Assembly (NCBI GenBank): GCA_943704415.1
Contig: CALSCO010000277.1
Coordinates: 1 to 33,893 of the forward strand
DNA from: Parvularia atlantis
Taxonomy: Eukaryota
Direction: 5' to 3'
DNA: 33,893 nucleotides
A program made the position numbers and the translations under genes. This document shows positions 32,375 through 33,893 of this stretch, in pieces; positions within the stretch are counted from its first letter, which is position 1, and each line of letters starts with the position of its first letter. Below the pieces are notes generated by a model that had not been told where the DNA came from, did no database searches, and was given only the letters and a program-made list of their open reading frames with translations.

Positions 32375-33651
32375 ATGACGCCGCTGCGCACGCTCTCGTC
32401 GTCGTCGCGCTGCTTCGGCGGCGACCTCGTCAAGTTCACGCACGCCGTGCGCCGCCCGCGCGCTGGCCCCGCGCACGCTGCCGCCGGAGCTGATGCCGCC
32501 GATGCGGGGCTGCAGTCGAGCACCATCGGCCTCGATATGAACCTCAACGTGTTCTTCCCGAAGCCGCTGGCCGAGCTGCAGGCGGCGGGCGCGCGCGTGC
32601 CGGTGCGGCCGGGCCTTCATCGATCGCGCGGCGGCGCTGACCGGCGCGGCGGTGTCTCGCAGTGGCTGCTGTACCTCTCGGGCCTGACGTGCACCGAGGG
32701 TGCGCGCCGCCTCGCGCACGTCCGCGGCACGCCGGCCTCACCCGATCGGCAGACAACGTGATGCAAAAGTCGGGCCTGCAGCGCGCCGCCGCGCGTCTCG
32801 GCATCGCCGTCGTCGCGCCCGACACGAGCCCGCGTGCGCTTACCCCCGCTCGGGTGCGCGCGTGCCCGTGCCTGATCGCGGCGCGTAGGCAAGACGGGCG
32901 TCGAGGGCGCGGACGCGTCGTGGGACTTTGGCACGGGTGAGTGTGCGCGCTCGCTGCCTCGCTACCGCCCGCTCACGCGCGGCACAGGCGCTGGCTTCTA
33001 CCTCAACGCGACGCAGGCGCCGTGGAGCAAGCACTGGCGCATGTACGACTACCTCGTCGACGAGCTGTACGCGCTGCTGCCGGCCGAGCTCCCGCTCGAC
33101 GGCGCGCGCGTGTCGATCTTTGGCCACTCGATGGGCGGCCTCGGCGCGCTCGTGCTCGGCCTGCGCAACCCGGACAAGTTCAAGGCGCGCGCGCCCCGTC
33201 GCTGCATCCCGCGCTGTTCTCATTGCCCGCTGCGCATCGCAGTCGGTCTCGGCCTTTGCGCCAATGGCCCACCCGAGCGCCTGCAAGATCGGCCAGAAGG
33301 CGTTTGCGGGCTACCTCGGCGCGGACAGCACCGAGGCCTGGAAGCAGTACGACCCGACCGAGCTCGTCAGCGCCGGCTACCGCGGTCCGGAGCGGCACCT
33401 GCTGATCGACCAAGGCGCCGAAGACGGCTTCTACAAGGACGCAACGCTGCTGCCGGACGACTTTGTGCAGGCGTGTGCGCAGGGCGACGTCGCGCTACAG
33501 TACCGCCTGCACCCGGGCTACGGTGCGCGACCCCATGTCACGCGCTCACGGTGGCTCATGCACGCACACGCATATGCCCGAAGACCACAGCTACTACTTT
33601 GTCGCGAGCTTCATCGACGAGCACATCGAGCACCACGCCAAGTGGCTGTGA
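32375..33651 (+). CDS. ESD: S-formylglutathione hydrolase / esterase D, 7 introns
   Basis: [89 protein letters not shown]. Confidence 0.96.
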
Positions 33652-33711
33652 GTCGCTGCCGCTGTGTGGCTGTTTGGCGGCTTGAGCGCTGCTGGTGTTG
33701 ACAGGGTCGAC

Positions 33712-33893
33712 TTAACCTCGAGCGCGGCCAGGCCCGCCGGCGTCGTGCGGGAGCATGAAGTACGAGCCGTACCAGTGCGTCGCGACACCGCCGAAGCCGG
33801 GCGCCGAGCCGAACGTCGCCACCGCCGCGGCCTCAGCCGCCTCGAGCGCGGCCGAGCCGTAGTTCCAGAACGAGGCCCAGTCGGGGGCGTAGC
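33712..33893 (-). CDS. 3' end of an unidentified protein (truncated by the window)
   Basis: Open frame with coding-like GC3: YAPDWASFWNYGSAALEAAEAAAVATFGSAPGFGGVATHWYGSYFMLPHDAGGPGRARG*. Confidence 0.6.
   Translation of the reverse strand, partial: YAPDWASFWNYGSAALEAAEAAAVATFGSAPGFGGVATHWYGSYFMLPHDAGGPGRARG

Noticed and set aside
89..33584. Introns as Introner-type mobile elements (GTGCG donors resemble those of some algal introners)
   Set aside because: Apart from the splice signals I see no shared internal sequence, terminal repeats or target-site duplications among the introns. An all-versus-all alignment would settle it.
1..33893. Hundreds of long overlapping Arg/Ala/Pro-rich ORFs in the six-frame track, suggesting overlapping or antisense genes
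   Set aside because: Expected from very high GC and scarce stop codons. The spliced models explain the conserved motifs and the other frames show none.
1..33893. Alternative genetic code or frameshifted pseudogenes
   Set aside because: All frame breaks are resolved by introns with consistent signals, and TGA, TAG and TAA all occur as normal stops.

Overview
Eukaryotic, very GC-rich and extremely compact genomic DNA from what looks like a unicellular opisthokont-like protist (inference). It is not prokaryotic, and the ORF track is mostly noise because genes are broken by about 150 tiny introns (my manual count; mostly 45-70 nt, GTGCG donor, CTGAC/CTCAC/CTAAC branch site, CAG acceptor, no polypyrimidine tract). 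Splicing by eye gives 21 genes: AHA1, GPD1, a VOC/glyoxalase, peroxisomal HAO, an EngB GTPase, ABI, a GT14-like protein, a 7TM receptor, two ankyrin proteins, COX10, SerA, an AIM25-like scramblase, a SAM-TBC RabGAP, SAPS, LAMTOR4, a PanE-like protein, PHO8, a PHRF1-like protein, ESD and a partial unknown. The most interesting signals concern splicing and genome architecture: a frame-restoring intron in HAO best read as GA-AG; nine GC-AG introns, all phase 0 after AG and mostly 3n and stop-free; near-strict strand alternation with gaps as short as 25-60 bp; a possible PTS2-like extension on GPD1; and a bacterial-looking PanE-like gene carrying introns. Gene coordinates span start to stop, including introns. 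No RNA genes, CRISPR arrays or mobile elements could be supported.
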